Shown in pieces: positions 8,963-17,040 of a DNA stretch of 20,000 bases. The stretch comes from an uncultured virus (IMG/VR IMGVR_UViG_3300023174_000147). Lineage: Duplodnaviria > Heunggongvirae > Uroviricota > Caudoviricetes. Every line of letters begins with the position of its first letter. Position 1 is the stretch's first letter. The DNA lies in IMG/VR virus record IMGVR_UViG_3300023174_000147; one strand, 5' to 3'. Under the pieces are notes generated by a model. The model saw nothing but the letters and a program-made list of their open reading frames with translations, made no database searches and was not told the DNA's origin. The translations under genes were made by a program, and so were the position numbers.

Positions 8963-8995
8963 AAAAAAAGTCCTAGTGTTTCCACCAGGACTTTT
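8963..8995 (-). terminator. Rho-independent terminator of the major capsid gene
   Basis: Minus strand AAAAGTCCTGGTG-GAAA-CACTAGGACTTTTTTT: a stem with one G-U pair, a GNRA tetraloop and a 7-U tail. Confidence 0.9.
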
Positions 8996-9015
8996 ATTTA
9001 TTGGGTTAGTTAAGA

Positions 9016-10731
9016 TTAAGCTAAACCGCCAGCAGGTACTTGTACAAAGAATGTTAAGTACATAGTTTCTGGTAAGAAACCAGCTTCTACTAAAGCGTAT
9101 CTTGATTTAACTGCTATTTTAGGTGACATCGTACCTTCAGAGATAGTTTGGATACTTTCAGCCATCATGTAAGGCATAAATTTAATACCTGGTTCGTCGT
9201 CTCCTCCTTTTCTACCGACACAAACTCTTGTGTCATTGTAGCTCATGTTTTGATCAACATATACAGTCATACCAGCAAGAGAACCTACAGGGTATAATGT
9301 ACCGTTGTTTTGAGTTAAAGTATTAGAGAATGGTGCGAAAGTGAACTGAGAGATATCTTGAAGTGCACTTGCAACTGCAGCGTTTGTAATGATGAAGTTA
9401 GCAGGACCTCTTCTACCTCTATTAGCTACCACGTTAGCAGCTGCAAGAAGTCTAGAGAATAATCTTCTTTGTAAAGTTGATAAGTTCTCATATCCTCCTG
9501 ATGCAGGACCTGCAGGGATTGCCATAGTTTTAGCAGTATCGTCTTTCTGTACGTAAGCTAATGTAGTACCCTGAGTACCGCCGATAATTAAGTTTAAGTT
9601 AAGGTTTTGAGCTTCGACGTTCAAAAATTGTTGGTGATTAGACCATCCTAAAGCAAATGCTCTTGAAAGGATGTGCTTGTTGATTGCTTGAGAAACCTCG
9701 TTAACTAATGCGTTCTCGATCATTGAAATAACGTCGATACCGAATTGTTTGTTAAGATCTTGAATTTGCTCAGTTGTAACTGATGCAGCAACTTGGAAAG
9801 TTTCAGCCTCTACGAATTTAGTGAAAGTTGAAAGACCCATTGAGTTGAAGTAAGTAGACTCAGCAACACCTCTTAACATTGGGTTGTAAGTTTTAGTACC
9901 ATCAACATAAGGACCTTGATAAGCGTCAGTGTTGTTGAAGCCAGCACCAGAGTAACCTTGAATGTGATCTTCTAAAGCTTTAACTAATTGTGCAGTACCA
10001 GCTGTTGCAGAAGTATAAAATCCTGATCCAGCACTTGCAGTAACTACTTGTGCAGGAGTACCGTTGAAGTAAGAAGCAACGTTAGAACCTGATGCGATAC
10101 CAGTGATTTGGAAAATAGGGAAACCATCAATTCTAGATAAACCTACGAAAGTTAAAAGTAAAGTGTTGCTAATAGAAGCAGTACCACCTACTGTGAATGT
10201 ACCAGCAGTAGCACCAGTAACACCTGTTCCAGTTGCTGATTGGAAAGTAGGGAATTTGATCATTGAAGGAGCAGTAGCTAACTGATCAGCAGCTGAAGTA
10301 GCAGTAGCAGCAGCAACTTTACCACCTGCGTATACGTAGTCTAAGTAAGACAAGATACCAGTTGGACCTGACATAGGGATAACAGGAACGATGTCAAAAC
10401 CTACAGTCTTCGCAGCTACTTGAATAGCTAATGGAAGTAATGAAGGGAATTTATCGCCTGAACCTTGCCAAGTGTTGTTATAAAAACCAGCGTTTGCGCC
10501 AGTTGAATAAGCACTACCGGGATATGAAGCACCTGGGAATGCTGGAGGAGCTACTGTACCCATACCGTTTACTACGCCTAATGAGTTGTATGCACCTGCA
10601 GATTCGTTTAATGAATGGTAATGACAATATTTAGTCAACCACGTTTTTTTGTTTTCGTCTGTGATACCAGCCTTGCTCTCAATAAGAGGTGACCAGGTTT
10701 CATAGATTTCTTGTTCGTTAATCAATTTCAT
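9016..10731 (-). CDS. gp23: Major capsid protein, T4 gp23-like
   Basis: WSPLIE N-terminus, DIVPVIPMSGPTG.L.YLDYVY, VEAET, TTEQIQDLNKQFGID, EVSQAINKHIL, RGRRGPANFII, G.LAGMTVYVD, FMPY, PKIAVKSRYAL; lies directly after the prohead protease and is followed by a strong terminator. Confidence 0.93.
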   Translation of the reverse strand: MKLINEQEIYETWSPLIESKAGITDENKKTWLTKYCHYHSLNESAGAYNSLGVVNGMGTVAPPAFPGASYPGSAYSTGANAGFYNNTWQGSGDKFPSLLPLAIQVAAKTVGFDIVPVIPMSGPTGILSYLDYVYAGGKVAAATATSAADQLATAPSMIKFPTFQSATGTGVTGATAGTFTVGGTASISNTLLLTFVGLSRIDGFPIFQITGIASGSNVASYFNGTPAQVVTASAGSGFYTSATAGTAQLVKALEDHIQGYSGAGFNNTDAYQGPYVDGTKTYNPMLRGVAESTYFNSMGLSTFTKFVEAETFQVAASVTTEQIQDLNKQFGIDVISMIENALVNEVSQAINKHILSRAFALGWSNHQQFLNVEAQNLNLNLIIGGTQGTTLAYVQKDDTAKTMAIPAGPASGGYENLSTLQRRLFSRLLAAANVVANRGRRGPANFIITNAAVASALQDISQFTFAPFSNTLTQNNGTLYPVGSLAGMTVYVDQNMSYNDTRVCVGRKGGDDEPGIKFMPYMMAESIQTISEGTMSPKIAVKSRYALVEAGFLPETMYLTFFVQVPAGGLA

Positions 10732-10753
10732 GATTTTAGTTGTTTTTTTTGTT

Positions 10754-10761
10754 TATTTATC
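10754..10761 (-). promoter_or_regulatory. Putative late promoter GATAAATA for the capsid gene
   Basis: tatttatc at 10754-10761, overlapping the protease stop codon, about 23 nt upstream of ATG 10731; one base from the T4 late consensus TATAAATA. Confidence 0.6.
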
Positions 10762-12019
10762 TTTTTGGAAATTTTTGCTCGAGTGCAGAAGCTATATAAT
10801 TCATATAATCTGAAGAATAAGCTTGCGGTTTTGCAGTCTCGGCTACATTTTCGCTCTCATCAAGTTTTTGTACTCCAACTAGTTTAGCTCCAAGCTGACG
10901 TGTTGACCAGAAATTTTTGATCTGATAAGCGGTATCTAAATTATAGAAGTTTGACTGAGCAACAATTGATTGCTGATGTCCTTCAGATAAAGATTCCCAT
11001 ACCTGAGCATATTCTGCTGGCATTTGGTCAATAAACTTAAGACCTGTTTTAGAGGTGTCATCTGACTCGTTAAGAACTGTTTCGTTAGCCTTTTGTGTTT
11101 CGGCTGGGGTTTTTACTGCTTTAGCAGCTTCGTTGATATTTGAAGCGGTTTTTTGTGTCTTAACCGATTCTATTAATGAATCAATCTGCGAAGTTAAGTT
11201 CTCATAGTTTCCAGCAAAGCCAGATTCGTTAAGTCCTGCTTCTGCAGAAAGATTTACATTTTCTTTTAATGATGTGGTATTCCCTGCAGGCAATTTACTA
11301 GCAATTGATTCTGCGATATACTCACTATAAGCAATACCTTTATTTAATTTCTCTGCAAGGTATTCTGAATATTCTAATCCTTTATTTACATTCTCTGCTA
11401 AATAATCAGAATATTCGATATTTTTATTTAGATTTTCTGCAATATACTCGGTGTATTCTATTCCGTTGTTTAATTTTTCTGCAACGTACTCAGAGTAAGC
11501 AATACCTTTATCTAAGTTTTCCCCTAAGTATTCAGAATAAGCAATACCTTTATCTACGTTTTCTGCTAAGTACTCAGAATATTGAATATTTTGATCCAAT
11601 TTTTCTGCTAGGTATTTAGAATACTCGATGTTCTTATCTACACTTTCGGCTACATACTCAGAATAGGAAATAGACTTATCAACATTCTCTGCTAAGTATT
11701 TTGCATAAGAAATATTTTTGTCTAAATTTTCTGCTAGATATTTACTATAGCTAATAGTGCTATCTAAGTTTTCTGCAAGATACTCGCCATACTTAATGGA
11801 ATTCTCTAAGTTCTCAGCTAAATACTCTGCGTATTTTTCAAGCTTAGCAACTCTTTCTTCAAGAGCCTCATTAGCCTTACTTAAATCTTCAGATTCAGTT
11901 AGCGATGTTTTTTGGGTTTTAGCATCTGCGATAGCTGTTCTCATCGAATCCATTTCTTTTTTCAAGAAGATGGAATACTGATTAAGCTCCTCCGCAGTAA
12001 CAAATTCATTGTTCTCCAT
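10757..12019 (-). CDS. Predicted nested in-frame scaffold protein (420 aa, starting at Met235 of the fusion)
   Basis: ATG at 12019 (MENNEFVTAEELNQY), preceded by an A-rich leader and an internal GATATATA at 12088-12095. Confidence 0.5.
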   Translation of the reverse strand: MENNEFVTAEELNQYSIFLKKEMDSMRTAIADAKTQKTSLTESEDLSKANEALEERVAKLEKYAEYLAENLENSIKYGEYLAENLDSTISYSKYLAENLDKNISYAKYLAENVDKSISYSEYVAESVDKNIEYSKYLAEKLDQNIQYSEYLAENVDKGIAYSEYLGENLDKGIAYSEYVAEKLNNGIEYTEYIAENLNKNIEYSDYLAENVNKGLEYSEYLAEKLNKGIAYSEYIAESIASKLPAGNTTSLKENVNLSAEAGLNESGFAGNYENLTSQIDSLIESVKTQKTASNINEAAKAVKTPAETQKANETVLNESDDTSKTGLKFIDQMPAEYAQVWESLSEGHQQSIVAQSNFYNLDTAYQIKNFWSTRQLGAKLVGVQKLDESENVAETAKPQAYSSDYMNYIASALEQKFPKR

Positions 12020-12721
12020 AAGGACTGATTTATTTTTATTGTCTGTTTTATTCACGATTTTATTGAATTCTTCGTTATTTTCAACTTTATATATCTTCAA
12101 TGAAGATTCTTTTTCGATACCTAAAGATTCATTTAAGCATTCTAATGTATTTAATATGCTATTATTCTTTATATCTTGAAATTGTTGAGATGAAAATCCT
12201 TCGCTTTCATAAACTCTTTCAAGTTGAGCATCCTTAAATCCAGGATCTGCTACTAGATCATAGGTAAAGATTTTCTTGATTGACACCTTCTTGTCGTTGC
12301 CAACAGATCCAGCTGCTCTTGAAGAAATAGAAAGCGGAACACTAGCATCTACTAGGTTCTTAGCTATTCTACCCGCTGGGGTATCGAGAAGCTTAACCTT
12401 AATTTTAAGGTCTCTGTTACTTTTGTCATAGTTGAGGTCTGTGATCATGTGAGAGATGTTCTTAAGCGATACATCAAATTTCTCTGGGTGATCCAATTCA
12501 CCGACTAATCTATTCTGAGCTATCTTATCTTTTAGATAATCTAGGTGAGGTAGATATTCGCTCTCTTCATAAATTCTATTGTTGTTGTTTTCTTTACCGA
12601 AAACAGCAGCAATACCTTCTAGAACATAATCGTCTGAATTAGACCTTTTAGCTTCTAGAACGGAATTCTGTCTTTCGAGAATGAATACCATATTCTCGTT
12701 TATTGATTGTAGTTGGGGCAT
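10757..12721 (-). CDS. gp21: Prohead protease (T4 gp21-like) fused to a scaffold/core (gp22-like) domain
   Basis: LEGIAA, NNNNRIY, GELDHP (His), ISSRAAG (Ser), YDLVADPG (Asp) in the first ~170 aa, followed by a long acidic helical repeat region. Confidence 0.9.
   Translation of the reverse strand: MPQLQSINENMVFILERQNSVLEAKRSNSDDYVLEGIAAVFGKENNNNRIYEESEYLPHLDYLKDKIAQNRLVGELDHPEKFDVSLKNISHMITDLNYDKSNRDLKIKVKLLDTPAGRIAKNLVDASVPLSISSRAAGSVGNDKKVSIKKIFTYDLVADPGFKDAQLERVYESEGFSSQQFQDIKNNSILNTLECLNESLGIEKESSLKIYKVENNEEFNKIVNKTDNKNKSVLMENNEFVTAEELNQYSIFLKKEMDSMRTAIADAKTQKTSLTESEDLSKANEALEERVAKLEKYAEYLAENLENSIKYGEYLAENLDSTISYSKYLAENLDKNISYAKYLAENVDKSISYSEYVAESVDKNIEYSKYLAEKLDQNIQYSEYLAENVDKGIAYSEYLGENLDKGIAYSEYVAEKLNNGIEYTEYIAENLNKNIEYSDYLAENVNKGLEYSEYLAEKLNKGIAYSEYIAESIASKLPAGNTTSLKENVNLSAEAGLNESGFAGNYENLTSQIDSLIESVKTQKTASNINEAAKAVKTPAETQKANETVLNESDDTSKTGLKFIDQMPAEYAQVWESLSEGHQQSIVAQSNFYNLDTAYQIKNFWSTRQLGAKLVGVQKLDESENVAETAKPQAYSSDYMNYIASALEQKFPKR
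11288..11833 (-). repeat. 13 tandem 42-nt (14-aa) coding repeats, consensus YSEYLAENLDKxIx
   Basis: Counted from YAEYLAENLENSIK (starts 11833) to YSEYIAESIAS (starts 11329), with an exact 42-nt period. Confidence 0.95.
12088..12095 (-). promoter_or_regulatory. Putative intragenic late promoter GATATATA
   Basis: tatatatc at 12088-12095 in the linker between protease and scaffold domains, about 69 nt upstream of the in-frame ATG 12019. Confidence 0.5.
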
Positions 12722-12749
12722 GTTTTTTATACTACTTTTTTATGTTTCT

Positions 12750-12757
12750 TATATATC
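12750..12757 (-). promoter_or_regulatory. Putative late promoter GATATATA
   Basis: tatatatc at 12750-12757, intergenic, about 29 nt upstream of the protease ATG. Confidence 0.65.
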
Positions 12758-12781
12758 AACATGGAAAATCATTTTTTTTGA

Positions 12782-15430
12782 TTATTCATATTTTATTCTG
12801 TCTTTTGTTTGTTCAACAAATCTTTTAGCAAGTTCAAATGCCTCTCCATCTGTTATTCTGTACTTTCTAGATTTATCACCGAAAGGTGCATATTTGTTTC
12901 TGAATTTAACTTCTACGATATCACCCCGGTTATCTCTAAGCTCTTTAGCGAATGTTATAGTCTTCCAGTTTTCTATTTTTAATGCCTCCCTGTCTTTAGC
13001 GGTTAATATGGTATCGAATAGATTAATCCCTCCCGTCATTGAAGTGTCTCTTACAACGGTAGAGCTCTTTCTGTCCTTGATGCTAACATCCTTAGGATTT
13101 ACTGTTATATAATAGTCGTCTTTCTTAACTTCAGGCTTTACTTCAGGCTCTTTCTCTTCATCCTTGTTTTTGTTATCATCTTCAGCATCCTGAACCTCGT
13201 CTTTTACTACCGGTTTAGATTCTTCTTTCTTTTCTACATATTTATAAAGACCTCTTTTGCTGTCTTCCAATTCTTCTTCTGTGTCAGGATCAATATCTAC
13301 AGGATCTCCGTTTTTTGCCTTCCAATCTTTAGAGTCTAGTAAGAAGTTTGTGAAATCACCAGTCTCATATTTTCCTCTAAGTTCAGGATTTGCGTAATCT
13401 CTTTCAGTAACTATGTACATAGCTACTTCAAGTGGACCACTTTTTTGCTTTGTTGTAAGATCAATCATCTGAGATGGTTTAGCATCTGCATCTCCTGATC
13501 CTTCTACCGAATTTCCCTTAACAGTAGTATTAGGATCGCTTTCTTCTAATACAGAATACATCATCCTTTTGAAGTCTGAAAATTTAGTTATAACCTGGGA
13601 TTCTAGTAAATCCGAGAAAGGCAGGGTTTTTAAGCTGTCCTGAACTCCCCCTTCCTCTTTTGGTTTTTCCTGCCCCTCTTTTTTTATTTTATCCCCTGTA
13701 TCTTTTGATACAGTAACTCCAAACATTTTACCAATTTCTTCGTCGCTATAAGCTGATAATTTTTCTGTGCTTAATTTTTTACCTACCACGTTTAGTATAT
13801 TATCCTCGGAATCGCTAAAGTGGAATTCATATTCTTCAGGAGCATCAGAATCAGATATTAATAATACAGGAGAAGCTTCTTTGTATTCACTTTCAAAAAC
13901 CTCCCAATCACATGATCCTTGATAATTCTGTAAAGAGTTTAGCTCTTTCTTCAGTGATAACATTTCGAAATCAAGATCTTCATTATCTATAAATCCCCTC
14001 TCTATAACGTCACCGTTGTCAAAAGCAAGTAATGTGATATCGTATTCTGCTATCTGTTCCTGAACTGCCTTAGAGTTAATTTGGGTTAATATAAATATAG
14101 ATTTTCCATTAACGTCTGCTACCTTGACCAACTCCATAGTGGTTCTGGTCTCATTATTAAATAGAAAAGAAACTACTATACCCCACCCTCCTGCTGGTTG
14201 TGACCAACATATAGTAATAGGTACCCCGATCTTTATTGATTTAGGATCAAAAGATCCCTTAGCAAAGTCATCTACATTCCCGTATCTAGGTGCCTGTTTT
14301 CCACTATACCAATTCCAGGTTCTACCCACTGCATCGATAGCTAGAAGTGCCCAGCATACTGGATTTGTCCATTCAGCTGCTTTAGCCATACTCCCCGCTG
14401 CTTTAACACCAGTAGCAAATCCTTTAACCATGCCGAATGTTTTTGCTACCATCCCTGCTTTCTCCATATTTCCTAGGGTCTTCTGAAGTTTAGCACCCTC
14501 CATACCGGCCTTTCCTAATTTTCCCCAGAAAGAAACAGCTTTCATCGGGTTTACTGCGCTCCATAATCCTTTAATTCCTGAAGATGCTTTTTTCAAAAGA
14601 CTAACTGATTTAGCTGCCTCTTCCGTCTGTTTACCTGTTCTTGCTAAAGTAATTGCCTTGAGTGTTCTTCTGAATAGAAAGGCTCCGCCTAAGTATCTAG
14701 CGCCTGTGTATATTGCAGTTGCTGCAACTGCATAAGTTCCTAGCCTAATCCCATTATTTATAGCATCCTGGGCCAAACTAGGACCAGTAGCGTCTTCTGG
14801 AATGGGTCCTCCGATCTTTCTATCGAGAATCTCGAATAATCTAAATTTAGCACTAGGGTTTTCTATTTCAAGAGGAGCAACTTTATAGGCATCCAAAGTT
14901 TCCATTAGATTAGCGCCAGTCTCTTGATCTTCTAAGCAAAGAAAAACAGCTTTAGGTTTACTTGGATTCTGTTCCTTTACAATATATTCGGTTTCTAATT
15001 TTCCGTCTGCTTCAAGTTTATTATATGAAAAGTGAAGTTTTGTAGTTTTTTCACCTATGGCTTTATCCCCTGCATCTGCTCCCTTATCTTCATATAAAGC
15101 ATCAGTAGCAAATTCGCCAAACTTAGATACTCTTCCTTGTTCTTGTGACTCGTTGATTTCTTTTAGTGCTTTCTGCATAGAATAACCGCTACCTCCTAGG
15201 GATTCTCTGATTATTTCTGCGATATCACCGTACTTTGTCATATCCTCTGAATCAGCAACCCATTCTCCTGGATTTTTATCTAGCCATTTTTTAAAGTCTG
15301 AGGAGTAAGCCCACCACTGGAAGTCTTCTAATGATTGATTTGTTGCTCCGTCCATTTTCAACGGTATAGTAAACACGGGGAAATCATTTCCCCTTTCGTA
15401 TTTACCATCTGTCGCTAATAATATTATCAT
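12782..15430 (-). CDS. Large hypothetical protein with a Gly/Ala-rich hydrophobic segment; putative virion/ejection protein
   Basis: 882-aa ORF; segment GTYAVAATAIYTG...WTNPVCWALLAIDAVG; internal leader-like motifs INES..VSKFGEF..LYED and LLES.VITKFSDF..VLEES. Confidence 0.6.
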   Translation of the reverse strand: MIILLATDGKYERGNDFPVFTIPLKMDGATNQSLEDFQWWAYSSDFKKWLDKNPGEWVADSEDMTKYGDIAEIIRESLGGSGYSMQKALKEINESQEQGRVSKFGEFATDALYEDKGADAGDKAIGEKTTKLHFSYNKLEADGKLETEYIVKEQNPSKPKAVFLCLEDQETGANLMETLDAYKVAPLEIENPSAKFRLFEILDRKIGGPIPEDATGPSLAQDAINNGIRLGTYAVAATAIYTGARYLGGAFLFRRTLKAITLARTGKQTEEAAKSVSLLKKASSGIKGLWSAVNPMKAVSFWGKLGKAGMEGAKLQKTLGNMEKAGMVAKTFGMVKGFATGVKAAGSMAKAAEWTNPVCWALLAIDAVGRTWNWYSGKQAPRYGNVDDFAKGSFDPKSIKIGVPITICWSQPAGGWGIVVSFLFNNETRTTMELVKVADVNGKSIFILTQINSKAVQEQIAEYDITLLAFDNGDVIERGFIDNEDLDFEMLSLKKELNSLQNYQGSCDWEVFESEYKEASPVLLISDSDAPEEYEFHFSDSEDNILNVVGKKLSTEKLSAYSDEEIGKMFGVTVSKDTGDKIKKEGQEKPKEEGGVQDSLKTLPFSDLLESQVITKFSDFKRMMYSVLEESDPNTTVKGNSVEGSGDADAKPSQMIDLTTKQKSGPLEVAMYIVTERDYANPELRGKYETGDFTNFLLDSKDWKAKNGDPVDIDPDTEEELEDSKRGLYKYVEKKEESKPVVKDEVQDAEDDNKNKDEEKEPEVKPEVKKDDYYITVNPKDVSIKDRKSSTVVRDTSMTGGINLFDTILTAKDREALKIENWKTITFAKELRDNRGDIVEVKFRNKYAPFGDKSRKYRITDGEAFELAKRFVEQTKDRIKYE

Positions 15431-15438
15431 TGTGTATG

Positions 15439-16248
15439 CTATTTTTCGTTGTAAATTTTATCGTAAGACTCTGAATTTATGTCTATTAATTTTTCTATAT
15501 ATCCCTCGTTTCTAAGCTTCTTAAATGCTAAATTGCCAACAGAGAATTCACCTTTCTTACTCAAGCCCTCTTTTCTCATTTTCATTATTTTCTCTTTTAG
15601 CTTAGTACTTCTTTTATAAAGTTCTTTAGCATTATGAGGTAATACGGAAGATGCAACTAATCTAGTGTGGAGCTGCTCAATTTCGTATGCAATACTCTGA
15701 AATTTTTTATCCACATCTTTTTCATCAATCTCAGGTGGATCAAACACTGGATTCTTTATCCATTCATTATTTAATAGTGAGAATAGGCCTGATGCTATAT
15801 GAGGCTCTTTTGCATCTTGTACATATAATTCCACGTCATATCCTCTAATAGAGATATTGTGTCTTAGATTCCAGATGAATCTTATTCCGTCTAAAGCGGA
15901 TTTAAGTATTTGTGGGTTATCGTCATCGACACCGTCTAGATTAACTATGACATGAACGTCAAGGTCAGATAATTTTGTATAATTAAAATTTGCTAAAGAT
16001 CCAGTTAGCTGTATATCAACTATATCCTTCTCCTTAAGTATTTCATCAAACTTCTCAAAGAATTCATCTGCTATTCTGAGTAGTTTTTTTCTGACTCTTT
16101 GGTCCAATGTCCATTCGACATCATCGCCCTTAGTTTTCTTAGTCCAGAAAACTGGATTTAAGTCGTCATTATAGAATGGGCTTACCTGTCTCTCTAAAAG
16201 AGAAGAAGGCAAACTATTGTAATTTTTATAAGATAAAACTTGGCCCAC
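15439..16248 (-). CDS. DNA polymerase-beta superfamily nucleotidyltransferase
   Basis: LTGSLANFNYTKLSDLDVHVIV (hG[GS]...DxD) and a third acidic strand YDVELYVQD. Start is more likely GTG 16248, because the TTG at 16275 overlaps the promoter/hairpin. Confidence 0.8.
   Translation of the reverse strand: MGQVLSYKNYNSLPSSLLERQVSPFYNDDLNPVFWTKKTKGDDVEWTLDQRVRKKLLRIADEFFEKFDEILKEKDIVDIQLTGSLANFNYTKLSDLDVHVIVNLDGVDDDNPQILKSALDGIRFIWNLRHNISIRGYDVELYVQDAKEPHIASGLFSLLNNEWIKNPVFDPPEIDEKDVDKKFQSIAYEIEQLHTRLVASSVLPHNAKELYKRSTKLKEKIMKMRKEGLSKKGEFSVGNLAFKKLRNEGYIEKLIDINSESYDKIYNEK
15496..15503 (-). promoter_or_regulatory. Putative late promoter GATATATA for the 882-aa gene
   Basis: tatatatc at 15496-15503 in the 3' end of the nucleotidyltransferase gene, about 66 nt upstream of ATG 15430. 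Confidence 0.5.
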
Positions 16249-16286
16249 AAAAAAAGCTTTTCTTGTATATATCAAAGAAAAGCTTT
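16249..16286 (-). terminator. Terminator-like hairpin whose loop carries the GATATATA promoter motif (16266-16273)
   Basis: Perfect 12-bp inverted repeat aaagcttttctt (16253-16264) / aagaaaagcttt (16275-16286), loop gtatatatca, U-run on the minus strand, 25 nt after the exonuclease stop. Confidence 0.65.
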
Positions 16287-16310
16287 AGATGCTATCGTGG
16301 ATTAAATATT

Positions 16311-17018
16311 TTAGCTATCGAAGCACACCTTTAGCATAACTTCCATTACCGTACTAACATCAAGTTCGCAATAAGATTTAATGGTTACATAGTCTTTATC
16401 AATCCAAAATGAATCATTTACTTTGGATCCGTCCATTATTCCCTTTGGTGATTCTATACCAAGAGAACACGAAAGTAAATCAAGGCTTAGATATTTTTGA
16501 TGCGACCAACTACCAAAAGCAAACACATCAGAGGTGTCAACATAAGGAATCTCCCATGGCTTTTTGTCCCATATTCTTATGTTTGCAGGGGGGTTTATTC
16601 CATGATAAATCATTCTCTTACCTAAACAAGGAACATCGAAACCTTTTATATTATGGCCACACAATTTCCAATTTTTAGAAGCCGCATTGTTAAGAACCTT
16701 AGCAGCCTTTGTGAGTATATCATGTTCATCATCTCCGTAAAAAGATGCAAATCTTGTCTCTCCAGTATCTGTAAAAGAACCAAAGGATATACAAACTACT
16801 CTAGAAAATTCAGGTTCCAATCCGGCCTTTTGTTTGTAGATAACCTCTGGATCTTCTTTAGCCAATGCTGGGTATGTTCCTATATAATAGGATTCCCTTT
16901 TTTTCCATAGCTCCCATAAACGATGATTTTCGTCATGTAAAGTTTCAAGGTCCTTATAAAGAGCTGCGGTCTCCACATCAAAATACAGATATTTGTAAAT
17001 GTCTTCTTTTTTAAACAT
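16311..17018 (-). CDS. Stand-alone DEDDy 3'-5' exonuclease (PolB exonuclease-related)
   Basis: ExoI YFDVET, ExoII GHNIKGFDVP, ExoIII YCELDV; also EFSRVVCIS, KPWE and SLDLL. Confidence 0.85.
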   Translation of the reverse strand: MFKKEDIYKYLYFDVETAALYKDLETLHDENHRLWELWKKRESYYIGTYPALAKEDPEVIYKQKAGLEPEFSRVVCISFGSFTDTGETRFASFYGDDEHDILTKAAKVLNNAASKNWKLCGHNIKGFDVPCLGKRMIYHGINPPANIRIWDKKPWEIPYVDTSDVFAFGSWSHQKYLSLDLLSCSLGIESPKGIMDGSKVNDSFWIDKDYVTIKSYCELDVSTVMEVMLKVCFDS

Positions 17019-17032
17019 AGCTTATTTTTCTA

Positions 17033-17040
17033 CAAAAATA
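17033..17040 (-). promoter_or_regulatory. Possible Bacteroidota-type sigma70 -7 element within an inverted repeat
   Basis: TATTTTTG (TAnnTTTG) about 15 nt upstream of ATG 17018, overlapping cttattttt-ctac-aaaaataag (17021-17042). Confidence 0.3.

Noticed and set aside
7206..10731. Intron or intein association of the endonuclease with the capsid gene
   Set aside because: The capsid gene is uninterrupted, ends with the normal C-terminal motif and a terminator, and shows no intein splice motifs; the endonuclease is free-standing.
11288..11833. Periodic repeats as a CRISPR array
   Set aside because: The period is 42 nt and in frame, with codon-level degeneracy and no invariant repeat plus unique spacers; it is a coding repeat.
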